This document shows positions 6,917-15,021 of a DNA stretch of 32,000 bases, one piece after another (the first letter of the stretch is position 1; each line of letters opens with the position of its first letter). A program made the translations under genes and the position numbers. A model generated the notes under the pieces. That model had not been told where the DNA came from. It worked only from the letters and a program-made list of their open reading frames with translations, and did no database searches. This DNA is from Candidatus Nanosynbacter lyticus (GTDB lineage: Bacteria > Patescibacteriota > Saccharimonadia > Saccharimonadales > Saccharimonadaceae): NCBI RefSeq assembly GCF_030253515.1, contig NZ_CP124549.1, positions 210,001-242,000 of the forward strand, written 5' to 3'.

Positions 6917-8962
6917 ATGAACGAGCGCTCAGATAAAACATATGCGAGTCGTAAACTGGTAATATGTTTATTTATCGTCACGATACTGATTATTCTACTG
7001 CTGTGGTGGTGGCCGTGGGGCGGCGGTAATCGCTTTTACAAGGGGGTTCGTCCAGATCAGATTAGCCTACGCCAAAGCAATGGCAAGGTACAGTGGCAGT
7101 TTATGGATGGCGACTGGCAGGATATTGTCTCTCTTTCTGAGTTGCGAGGTGATAAGGGTGAGAAAGGCGACAAGGGTGACAAAGGTGACACTGGTGAGGC
7201 CGGAGCTGCTGGTAAAGACGGTAAAAACGGCGTAAGTACAGGACAGCGTGGAGCTAACGGTCGGGATGGAGCGAATGGTAAAAACGGTGCGACCGGGCCA
7301 AAGGGCGATACCGGTGCTCAGGGTCCAGCTGGTCCACGGGGCCAAAAAGGCGACAAGGGCGAGAAGGGCGATGCCAATGGTGTCGTCGGTCCGGCTGGCC
7401 CACAGGGTCCCAAAGGTGATACTGGCCCACAGGGTCAAAAAGGTGATAAGGGCGACAAAGGTGATACTGGCGCCAAGGGAGATAAAGGAGACGCCGGCGC
7501 TAAGGGTGACAAGGGCGAGAAGGGCGATGCCGGCCAACAGGGTGCTAAAGGTGATACCGGAGCGACGGGCGCACAAGGCCAAAAGGGTGATGCTGGTAAC
7601 GATGGGCGAGAGATTGAGTTACAGAAAACCGCGTTGTATATCCAGTGGCGCTACAGGGGTGATGCTACTTGGAACAACCTCATTGCATTATCTGACTTGA
7701 AGGGTCCGAAGGGCGATAAGGGTGATACCGGTCCACAAGGTCCCGCTGGCCCGCAAGGTGCAGCAGGGTCTCAAGGTGCAACCGGTGCACAAGGTTCTCA
7801 GGGGCCTGCTGGTCCACAAGGCCCGAAGGGCGACACTGGCCCTGCTGGCCCACAGGGCCCAGCTGGTCCCCAAGGCCAAAAGGGTGAGAAGGGTGAAAAA
7901 GGTAATGATGGTCCACAAGGTCCTGCAGGTCCTCAGGGAGCTAAAGGTGATACCGGTCCGGTAGGTCCAGTCGGTCCCGCTGGCCCGCAAGGACTCAAAG
8001 GCGCTAAAGGCGATACTGGAGCGACAGGTGCTCAAGGTCAAAAAGGTGACAAAGGTGACACTGGCCCAGTAGGTCCTCAGGGCCTGCCCGGCCCCCAGGG
8101 TATACCAGGTGTTAAGGGGGATAAAGGTCCTATCGGCCCACAGGGCGCTAAAGGTGACACTGGCCCAGCGGGGCCACAGGGTCCACAGGGCGCTAAGGGT
8201 GAGAAAGGCGAGCCAGGAGCCAAGGGCGACACCGGCCCTGCCGGCCCGCAAGGAGCTAAGGGAGATGCCGGTGCACCTGGAGCTAAAGGCCCGAAGGGCG
8301 ACGCTGGTCCCCAAGGACAAAAGGGTGATAAGGGCGAAGCTGGTGCAAATGCAACAGTTAATGTGACGAATAGTACTCAGCCATGTTCGACTGGCCTTAC
8401 TGTCACGGGCAGTGGTACGCCGAATATTGGACTGACATTTACCGGATCAAACATTCCGGCCGGTGGGTCAATTGGTCAGGTGCTGATGAAAAAGTCGGCG
8501 GCAGATTGTGATGTTGCGTGGAGGAGCTTGCCGCAGGAAACAATGTTTGCCGGTTCCATCGGCGTCGGTAATGGTAACATCACGGCGGTGAATGTTAATG
8601 CTGACACTTATACAGCCATTCCGATGACAACGATCACCACGAATACCGGCGGCGGTACCTGGGATCCGGTGAATCACACGTATACCATTCCAAGCGACGG
8701 TGTATATTTCATCCGTTCCAGTATTCGTACCGTTGACAACTCACCTATGCGTAACATTTACCAAATTGTTAATGACGTGAATGGTGATCGCCCAGAGGGC
8801 ACGTGGTCGTCTAATCAAGCCGGCATTCGCCGTTCGACGCTGCCGTATTCACGGATGATGCGGGCGACAGCTGGTACCAAGCTAAAGTTGATCGTCGTAT
8901 CAGACCTCCAGAGTGTGCAACTCAGCGATGCAAGCCTGACAATTACCAAGCTTTCGAACTAG
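6917..8962 (+). CDS. membrane-anchored collagen-like triple-helix repeat protein with globular C-terminal domain
   Basis: N-terminal hydrophobic anchor ([19 protein letters not shown]) and two Gly-X-Y tracts (aa 78-230 and aa 263-476). A ~200-aa non-repetitive, beta-rich C-terminal domain follows. Confidence 0.9.
   Translation: MNERSDKTYASRKLVICLFIVTILIILLLWWWPWGGGNRFYKGVRPDQISLRQSNGKVQWQFMDGDWQDIVSLSELRGDKGEKGDKGDKGDTGEAGAAGKDGKNGVSTGQRGANGRDGANGKNGATGPKGDTGAQGPAGPRGQKGDKGEKGDANGVVGPAGPQGPKGDTGPQGQKGDKGDKGDTGAKGDKGDAGAKGDKGEKGDAGQQGAKGDTGATGAQGQKGDAGNDGREIELQKTALYIQWRYRGDATWNNLIALSDLKGPKGDKGDTGPQGPAGPQGAAGSQGATGAQGSQGPAGPQGPKGDTGPAGPQGPAGPQGQKGEKGEKGNDGPQGPAGPQGAKGDTGPVGPVGPAGPQGLKGAKGDTGATGAQGQKGDKGDTGPVGPQGLPGPQGIPGVKGDKGPIGPQGAKGDTGPAGPQGPQGAKGEKGEPGAKGDTGPAGPQGAKGDAGAPGAKGPKGDAGPQGQKGDKGEAGANATVNVTNSTQPCSTGLTVTGSGTPNIGLTFTGSNIPAGGSIGQVLMKKSAADCDVAWRSLPQETMFAGSIGVGNGNITAVNVNADTYTAIPMTTITTNTGGGTWDPVNHTYTIPSDGVYFIRSSIRTVDNSPMRNIYQIVNDVNGDRPEGTWSSNQAGIRRSTLPYSRMMRATAGTKLKLIVVSDLQSVQLSDASLTITKLSN
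7148..7606 (+). repeat. collagen-like Gly-X-Y tract 1 (48 triplets, two single-residue interruptions)
   Basis: Counted by hand. Gly falls at every third residue from G78 to G230, apart from the breaks GVSTG (aa 105-109) and GDANG (aa 151-155). It is dominated by [12 protein letters not shown] triplets. Confidence 0.9.
7703..8344 (+). repeat. collagen-like Gly-X-Y tract 2 (71 uninterrupted triplets)
   Basis: Counted by hand. Gly falls at every third residue from G263 to G476, and the tract is rich in GPQ/GPA/GDT/GAK. Confidence 0.9.
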
Positions 8963-8992
8963 TGAAGTTAGCGAGATAAATTATCGTATATC

Positions 8993-9001
8993 TGCTACAA
9001 T
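8993..9001 (+). promoter_or_regulatory. extended -10 box TGCTACAAT, leaderless-type promoter of serS
   Basis: Six nt (gatacc) separate the hexamer from ATG 9008, and there is no Shine-Dalgarno sequence. Confidence 0.6.
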
Positions 9002-9007
9002 GATACC

Positions 9008-10303
9008 ATGTTAGATATTCGCTTTATTCGAGATAACGCCGAAGCGGTGCAAGCTGCGGCGAACCACAAGGGGTGTGACGTGTCTATTGCGACATTGTTG
9101 CAATTAGACGACGAGCGTCGTGAGGCGCAGCGGCAGGTTGATGAGTTGCGCCAGCAGCGTAACGAGATTGCTGCGCAGATGAAGGGAGGCAAGCCCGAAC
9201 CAAGCCTGATTGAGCAGGGCAAGGCCATCAAGGCCAAGTTGAGCGGGCTTGAGGCTCAGCTGAGCGAGGTCGAGGAACGCTACATAACGCTACTAAAGCA
9301 GGTTCCTAATATGCCGCACGCCGACGTGCCAGTTGGTCTGAGTGAGGATGAAAACGTTGAAGTAAAGGTCGTCGGTGATATCCCAGCCTTTGATTTTATG
9401 CCGAAAAATCACTACGAAATCGCCGAGGCAAAAGGCTGGCTCGACAAAGAGCGCGCTGCCAAGGTTGCTGGCGCTCGCTTTGCTTATATCATGGGTGATT
9501 TGGTGTTGTTGCAACAGGCAATTATCCAGTTTGTGATCACATCTCTCACCAACCCAGCGGTGATCAAGGAGATCGCCGAAAAGGCTGGCCTTGGTGTCAA
9601 TACAAAACCATTCATCCCAGTGCTGCCGCCATTGATGATCCGTACCGAGCCGTATGATCAGATGGATCGTCTCCAGCCGAGTGATGATCGATACAAAATT
9701 GAAGGCGAGGAACTGTGGCTACAGGGGAGCGCTGAGCATGTGCTCGGTAGTATGCATGCGGGTGAGATTTTTGATGCGAAACAGTTACCACTTCGATACC
9801 TGGGCTTTGCAACCAGCTTCCGCAAAGAAGCAGGGACGTACGGCAAGGATATGGAGGGGCTGATCCGGATGCACCAGTTTGATAAGCTCGAGATGGAGAG
9901 CTTCACCGAGGCGAAGGATAGTTATAACGAGCACCTGCTATTTATCGCGATTCAAGAGTGGCTTTTGGCTCAGCTCAAGCTACCGTACCATGTCCTGATG
10001 AAATGCACCGCTGATATTGGTAAACCAAATGCGCGCGGTGTTGATATGGAAGTATGGTTACCGGGTCAGGGCAAGTACCGCGAGACGCATACTGCTGACT
10101 ATATGACTGACTATCAGGCGCGTCGTTTGATGACGCGGGTGCGCACGGACAACGGAGTTGAATTGATCCACACGAATGATGCGACGGCCTTTGCGCTGGG
10201 GCGCTGCATGGTGGCGATTATTGAGAATTATCAGACCGCAGAGGGTGATGTCATGGTGCCAGAAGCACTTCGCCCGTATATGAATGGCCGCGAGATGATA
10301 TAA
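9008..10303 (+). CDS. serS: seryl-tRNA synthetase
   Basis: N-terminal coiled-coil arm and class II motif 2 (FRKEAGTYGKDMEGLIRMHQFDKLEM). Motif 3 region TNDATAFALGRCMVAIIENYQ. Length 431 aa. Confidence 0.95.
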   Translation: MLDIRFIRDNAEAVQAAANHKGCDVSIATLLQLDDERREAQRQVDELRQQRNEIAAQMKGGKPEPSLIEQGKAIKAKLSGLEAQLSEVEERYITLLKQVPNMPHADVPVGLSEDENVEVKVVGDIPAFDFMPKNHYEIAEAKGWLDKERAAKVAGARFAYIMGDLVLLQQAIIQFVITSLTNPAVIKEIAEKAGLGVNTKPFIPVLPPLMIRTEPYDQMDRLQPSDDRYKIEGEELWLQGSAEHVLGSMHAGEIFDAKQLPLRYLGFATSFRKEAGTYGKDMEGLIRMHQFDKLEMESFTEAKDSYNEHLLFIAIQEWLLAQLKLPYHVLMKCTADIGKPNARGVDMEVWLPGQGKYRETHTADYMTDYQARRLMTRVRTDNGVELIHTNDATAFALGRCMVAIIENYQTAEGDVMVPEALRPYMNGREMI

Positions 10304-10321
10304 TGGAGTCTAGGAGGGTAT

Positions 10322-10564
10322 GTGGCACTGACGAACGATGACAAGCAATGGATCAAGGGCGCGATCGCTGATGGCGTGGTCGAAAGCAGACTACAGGCAC
10401 TGACAAACGACATTAAAGAGATATATGATGTTATTTACGGCAAGCCGAACAAATCGTTTATGAGCGCCAGCTTTGCCAAAATGTCATCGAAAGAAAAGCT
10501 GCTCGTGATTAACGAAGAATTACTAAAAATGGCGAAGGATGCGGGTGTTGTCTTGCCGCGCTAA
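10322..10564 (+). CDS. hypothetical small protein (80 aa)
   Basis: GTG start directly after AGGAGGG (10312-1018 region, i.e. 10312-10318). It fills the serS-hpf gap in the same orientation. I recognised no motif. Confidence 0.45.
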   Translation: MALTNDDKQWIKGAIADGVVESRLQALTNDIKEIYDVIYGKPNKSFMSASFAKMSSKEKLLVINEELLKMAKDAGVVLPR

Positions 10565-10586
10565 CGTATACATAAAAGGAGGAACT

Positions 10587-10961
10587 ATGATCAAAGATAT
10601 TACCATTACTGGCGTCAAATACGAATTGACGGACACCACAAAGAAATACGTTGAGCGCAAAATCGGTGCACTGGGTAAGTACTTGCCGCGGCATGCCCGC
10701 AAGAGCGCGACCGCTGATGTAAAGATCAAGCAGATTGACAACCCTGGCGGCAACAAGTACGAGGTTGAGGTGATTATCAATGTACCGGACAAGAAGATCA
10801 CCGCTAAAGATTCGACGATGAACGTGCTAGCAGCCGTCGATATCGTTGAGGCGAAGCTGAATGGGCAGCTACGTAAGTATAAGGATGATGTGTTGGTGCA
10901 CGTTGGCAGCAGCCGCGGCGTACTGGCACGGTTCAAGCGCGGTTTCCAGCGCGAGCAGTAG
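10587..10961 (+). CDS. hpf: ribosome hibernation-promoting factor / RaiA family (short form)
   Basis: The sequence MIKDITITGVKYELTDTTKKYVERKIGALGKYL ... VEVIINVP ... MNVLAAVDIVEAKLNGQLRKYK matches the HPF/YfiA pattern. I moved the start from 10539 to ATG 10587, which follows AAGGAGG. Confidence 0.85.
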   Translation: MIKDITITGVKYELTDTTKKYVERKIGALGKYLPRHARKSATADVKIKQIDNPGGNKYEVEVIINVPDKKITAKDSTMNVLAAVDIVEAKLNGQLRKYKDDVLVHVGSSRGVLARFKRGFQREQ

Positions 10962-10989
10962 GGGGTTTAAATCAACCCCTTTAATTTTC
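10961..10989 (+). terminator. rho-independent terminator after hpf
   Basis: Stem GGGGTT (10962-10967) pairs with AACCCC (10974-10979) around a 6-nt loop, followed by TTTAATTTT. Confidence 0.6.
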
Positions 10990-11002
10990 CAACCCTGCAC
11001 GG

Positions 11003-11008
11003 TATAAT
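11003..11008 (+). promoter_or_regulatory. -10 box TATAAT of secA (leadered transcript)
   Basis: GGTATAATAT lies ~47 nt upstream of ATG 11055. GAGGGAG Shine-Dalgarno at 11038-11044. Confidence 0.5.
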
Positions 11009-11054
11009 ATATACAGTTTTTGAAAATGCCTGAAAGTGAGGGAGTTTTGAGTTT

Positions 11055-13685
11055 ATGGCAATGACACAACAAAAGGCGCTGAGTAAGATTTTTGGCGATC
11101 CGCAGAAGAAGATTTTGAAGCGGCTGCAGAAGCAAGTTGACGTAATTAACGGTCTGTCTGGAAAGTACGAAAAACTGTCAGACAAGGAGTTGCAGGCGCA
11201 GACAGAGGCGCTGAAAAAACGTCTGACGAAGAAAAACGTAACGCTGGATATGATTTTGCCGGATGCCTTTGCGGTGGCTCGTGAGGCAGCCAAGCGCGTC
11301 ATCGGCGAGCGTCCGTACGACGTTCAGCTAATCGGCGGCATGGTCCTTCATGAGGGCAATGTTGCCGAGATGAAGACCGGTGAAGGTAAGACCCTGGTGG
11401 CGACGCTGCCGACCTATCTCAACGCACTGGAAGGCAAGGGTGTTCACGTGGTGACTGTCAACGACTATCTGGCGCAGCGTGACGCTGGCTGGATGGGCCA
11501 GGTGTATGACTTTTTGGGCTTGACTACTGGTGTGATCATCAACGAAGCGTCATTTGTCTATGACAAAGAGTACGATAATGAGCATCACGACGATCCGCGC
11601 ATGCGCAAGCTCCGTCCGGTCACTCGTAAAGAAGCTTATGCTGCCGACATTACGTATGGCACTAATAACGAGTTTGGCTTTGACTATCTACGCGACAACA
11701 TGGTGAACGACGTTGACTTATTACGTCAGCGCGAGCTGAACTTTGCTATCGTTGACGAGGTGGACTCAATTCTGATCGATGAAGCGCGCACGCCGCTGAT
11801 CATCTCGGCACCAGCAGCAGAGAACCCAGACAATTACTACACGTTCGCTAAAGTTGCCAGTAAATTAGTGCCAGAGGACTATGTTCTGGATGAAAAGCGC
11901 CGCAGCGTGGCGCTGACCGACGAGGGCGTGGAAAAAGTCCAAAAACTGCTGGGAATAAAAAATTTGTACACGCCAGACCACGTGCGCAGTGTGTATCATA
12001 TGGATCAGGCTCTGCGAGCACAAACATTGTTCAAGCGCGACAAAGATTATGTAGTGACCAACGACGGCGAAGTGATCATCGTCGATGAGCACACTGGTCG
12101 TTTGATGCAAGGACGCCGTTACAACGAAGGTTTGCACCAGGCAATTGAGGCGAAAGAAGGTGTGCCAGTGCTGGAAGAAAGCATGACGCTGGCGACCATT
12201 TCGTTCCAGAATTATTTCCGTTTGTATAATAAATTGAGCGGTATGACTGGTACGGCGTTTACTGAAGCTGAGGAGTTTCAGCAAATTTATTCACTGGACG
12301 TTATCCAGATTCCACCGAACAAGCCAGTGATTCGCGACGATAAAGAAGACCTGATTTTCAAGACTGAAAAGGGCAAGTTGAAGGCAGTTGCCGAAGCCAT
12401 CAAAGATTATCACAAGCAAGGCCGGCCGGTGCTGGTTGGTTCTGGTTCGATTGCCAAGAACGAGCAGATTGCTAAATATCTGGAAAAGGAAGGCATCAAG
12501 TTTGAGATTCTAAACGCCAAGAACAATGAGCGTGAGGCGGCCATCATCGAGAAGGCTGGTGAAAAGGGCGCGATTACACTGGCGACAAACATCGCTGGGC
12601 GTGGTACTGACATTAAGCTCGGCAAGGGTGTCAAGGAACTGGGCGGCCTGGTGGTGATTGGTTCGGAGCGGCACGAATCACGACGCATCGACAATCAGCT
12701 GCGCGGTCGTGGCGGTCGTCAGGGCGACCCGGGCGAGACCCAGTTCTACGTATCGACCGAAGATGATTTGATGCGAATTTTCCAGGGCGAGCGTATCGCG
12801 GCGTTGATGGATCGGCTGGGTGTCGACGAAGATACGCCGATTCAAAACCGCGCTGTGTCAAAGACGCTGGAAGCAGCGCAGAAGCGCGTCGAAGGCTATA
12901 ACTTTGATACGCGCAAAAATGTTGTTCAGTACGACAACGTCATTAATCGTCATCGCCGCGTGGTCTACACGATGCGGCGAAAAATCCTTGAAGGCGACAA
13001 TATCCAGCCGGAAATTGAGCGGTTGTTGCGGGACAGAGTCAAAGAGTTAGTGACGCTACCAACCAAAAACAACCCAAAGTTTATCGAGGAATTTACGTCG
13101 GCCTTTCCAGTCGATGAAGCGGCAGTGCGCAAGGTTGGTCTCGAGAAGAAAGACCGTCTGCGCCTCCAAAAAGCCCTAAAACTAGCACGTCAGGCCTACC
13201 AGGAAAAAGATGAAGAAATCGGTACTGAAGAGTTGCGCGGCGTGGAGCGTGAGGTGTATATGGCGGTGCTCGACACCCTGTGGATGCAGCACCTAGAGAA
13301 TATGCAACACCTGCGCGAAGGGATCCACTGGCGCAGCGTTGGCCAGCGCGATCCATTGGTAGAATACCGGGCGGAGTCACAAAAATTGTTCACTAGCCTT
13401 CAGGAAAATCTGCGTAACGAAGTTCTGAACACAATTTTTCATATTCATAAATCCGACGCAGTAATTCGCCAGTCGCAGGATGATGAGTATGACACCGAGC
13501 TAACGCGCCTAGCCGAAAGCGCAGTTGAGCGTGGCGTTAATGAAGTTGGTACGGGCGAGGAAAATCGTGACGGTGACTTTTCGGTGAAAAAGGGTAAATC
13601 TAACGCCGAGTCGAACCGCGCTAAAAACCAAGCACGCAAGAAGAAAAAAGCGCAGCGCCAAAATCGCAAAAAGAATCGCAAATAA
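11055..13685 (+). CDS. secA: preprotein translocase ATPase SecA
   Basis: DEAD-like motor motifs (MKTGEGKTLV, VDEVDSILIDEARTPLIIS, TNIAGRGTDIKLG) in 876 aa. The C-terminus is a Lys/Arg-rich tail with no Cys-containing zinc-finger motif. Confidence 0.97.
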   Translation: MAMTQQKALSKIFGDPQKKILKRLQKQVDVINGLSGKYEKLSDKELQAQTEALKKRLTKKNVTLDMILPDAFAVAREAAKRVIGERPYDVQLIGGMVLHEGNVAEMKTGEGKTLVATLPTYLNALEGKGVHVVTVNDYLAQRDAGWMGQVYDFLGLTTGVIINEASFVYDKEYDNEHHDDPRMRKLRPVTRKEAYAADITYGTNNEFGFDYLRDNMVNDVDLLRQRELNFAIVDEVDSILIDEARTPLIISAPAAENPDNYYTFAKVASKLVPEDYVLDEKRRSVALTDEGVEKVQKLLGIKNLYTPDHVRSVYHMDQALRAQTLFKRDKDYVVTNDGEVIIVDEHTGRLMQGRRYNEGLHQAIEAKEGVPVLEESMTLATISFQNYFRLYNKLSGMTGTAFTEAEEFQQIYSLDVIQIPPNKPVIRDDKEDLIFKTEKGKLKAVAEAIKDYHKQGRPVLVGSGSIAKNEQIAKYLEKEGIKFEILNAKNNEREAAIIEKAGEKGAITLATNIAGRGTDIKLGKGVKELGGLVVIGSERHESRRIDNQLRGRGGRQGDPGETQFYVSTEDDLMRIFQGERIAALMDRLGVDEDTPIQNRAVSKTLEAAQKRVEGYNFDTRKNVVQYDNVINRHRRVVYTMRRKILEGDNIQPEIERLLRDRVKELVTLPTKNNPKFIEEFTSAFPVDEAAVRKVGLEKKDRLRLQKALKLARQAYQEKDEEIGTEELRGVEREVYMAVLDTLWMQHLENMQHLREGIHWRSVGQRDPLVEYRAESQKLFTSLQENLRNEVLNTIFHIHKSDAVIRQSQDDEYDTELTRLAESAVERGVNEVGTGEENRDGDFSVKKGKSNAESNRAKNQARKKKKAQRQNRKKNRK

Positions 13686-13718
13686 ATCTAAAACCGGTGG
13701 GCAGAGAGCGACAGACAG

Positions 13719-14996
13719 ATGAAACATACGGTCAAAGAAATAAAATTGAAAAATGGTGCGAAAGGCCTGTTCATTGATGTGCCAGACGCGACAGTGATGA
13801 GCTTTCAGGTGCAGTTCCGGGCAGGCAATCGCTACGTCCGCGACAAGGATATCTACGAGACAGCGCACATCATGGAGCACATGGCGTTTGGGGCGAATGA
13901 GAAGTTTCGTTCGGAGCACGCCTATGAGCAGGAGTTTACTAAGAATGGTGCGTACCATAATGCGTTTACCTCTGATTATTCAATAGTGTACGAGGCGGCC
14001 TGTGCGGATTTTGAATGGGATCGGATTTTGGAATTGCAGCGGTTGGCGATCACCACGCCGCGCTTTAACGCCGAGGAACTAGAGGCCGAGAAGGGCAATG
14101 TCCGGAGCGAGCTGACCGGCTATCTGAACAATCATAACCGAGTCATGTGGCCACGGGTGCAGCAAGCGCTGGGCGAGGATATTTTGACGTATAATCAGCG
14201 GCTGAAAACGATTGACGCGATTACCCTAAAAGACATCAAGGAGCATCATCGGCGGACACATACGCTCAACAATATGCGATTTGTGGTGGCGGGCAAGTTG
14301 ACTGGGCGGATGGCGACGATTCGTGAATCGCTGGAGCAGTGGCAGCTAGAGCCGGGCGAGCGGTTTACCATTCCGCACGATAAACTGTCGAGTGCCGCAC
14401 CGATTTTTGTCCGCCGCAAGGAGGCCTCGAATCTGACATTTGGCTGGTCGATGAATTTGCCGCGTGAGCTGAGCGATGAGGATTCTGACGCTATGGGCTG
14501 CTTGAATCATATCTTGACCGGGACGATGAGCTCGCGGATTTTCGGGGCGGCGCGTAAGAAGGGGCTGGCTTACGGCGTGTTCAGCGACACCTCGGTTGGG
14601 TTTTATGATTCGGCCTGGGACTTTGGCGGCCAGGTCAACCTCGAGACAGCAGAGGCGCTGTTCGATATCATCGTGCGCGAACTGCGCCGAGTACTGAACG
14701 GGACGATCACCTCGGAGGACATCGAGAATGCCAAGTCATATGCACTGGGCCGCTATCAGATGGGGGCACAAACGGTGGCACAGGTCAGCAATTTTTATAC
14801 CGGGCGTTATTTTGCTGATGATTTCGTCAAGGATTATGAGGGCGTACCGACGGCAATTTTGGCGGTGACTGCTGATCAAATTGTTCGGGTGGTGCGAGAG
14901 TTTTTTGCAGCAAATACCTGGGTGCTTGCTGGCGTGAGTAGCGGTGATAAAGAACTGCTCGGGCGACTGCAGGAGAAGCTTGAGGGGCTGTTTTAG
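13719..14996 (+). CDS. M16-family (pitrilysin/insulinase-like) zinc peptidase
   Basis: The inverted zinc motif HxxEH is present (AHIMEHMAFG), with a downstream Glu in EKGNVRSE. Length 425 aa. Confidence 0.85.
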   Translation: MKHTVKEIKLKNGAKGLFIDVPDATVMSFQVQFRAGNRYVRDKDIYETAHIMEHMAFGANEKFRSEHAYEQEFTKNGAYHNAFTSDYSIVYEAACADFEWDRILELQRLAITTPRFNAEELEAEKGNVRSELTGYLNNHNRVMWPRVQQALGEDILTYNQRLKTIDAITLKDIKEHHRRTHTLNNMRFVVAGKLTGRMATIRESLEQWQLEPGERFTIPHDKLSSAAPIFVRRKEASNLTFGWSMNLPRELSDEDSDAMGCLNHILTGTMSSRIFGAARKKGLAYGVFSDTSVGFYDSAWDFGGQVNLETAEALFDIIVRELRRVLNGTITSEDIENAKSYALGRYQMGAQTVAQVSNFYTGRYFADDFVKDYEGVPTAILAVTADQIVRVVREFFAANTWVLAGVSSGDKELLGRLQEKLEGLF

Positions 14997-15006
14997 TAGT
15001 GCTCAA

Positions 15007-15015
15007 TGCTATAAT
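15007..15015 (+). promoter_or_regulatory. extended -10 box TGCTATAAT, leaderless-type promoter of the murD-like gene
   Basis: Six nt (aaacct) lie between the hexamer and ATG 15022, with no Shine-Dalgarno sequence. Confidence 0.6.
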
Positions 15016-15021
15016 AAACCT

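Noticed and set aside
7148-8344. Possible CRISPR array or non-coding tandem repeat.
   Set aside because: The repeats have strict 9-nt/3-nt periodicity in one open frame encoding Gly-X-Y. There is no repeat-spacer structure and no cas genes.
7067-8366. Long alternative-frame and antisense ORFs inside the collagen-like gene (7067-7582 minus, 7688-8320 minus, 7248-7700 plus, 7722-7964 plus, 8109-8366 plus).
   Set aside because: They are by-products of the 3-nt-periodic GGN-rich repeat, which removes stop codons from other frames. Their products are low-complexity, and the sense frame gives a coherent anchor-stalk-head protein.
6917-8962. Collagen-like gene as part of a prophage tail-fibre module.
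   Set aside because: No integrase, capsid, terminase, tape-measure or lysis genes lie nearby. The gene is flanked by an ABC transporter and serS and has an N-terminal membrane anchor. Phage ancestry of the head domain remains possible and is listed as a finding.
10523-11302. Minus-strand ORFs of 137 aa and 111 aa over hpf and the secA 5' region, plus 13509-13958 (minus) spanning the secA end and the M16 start.
   Set aside because: They overlap confidently assigned plus-strand genes and cross an intergenic terminator or promoter. No motifs were recognised.
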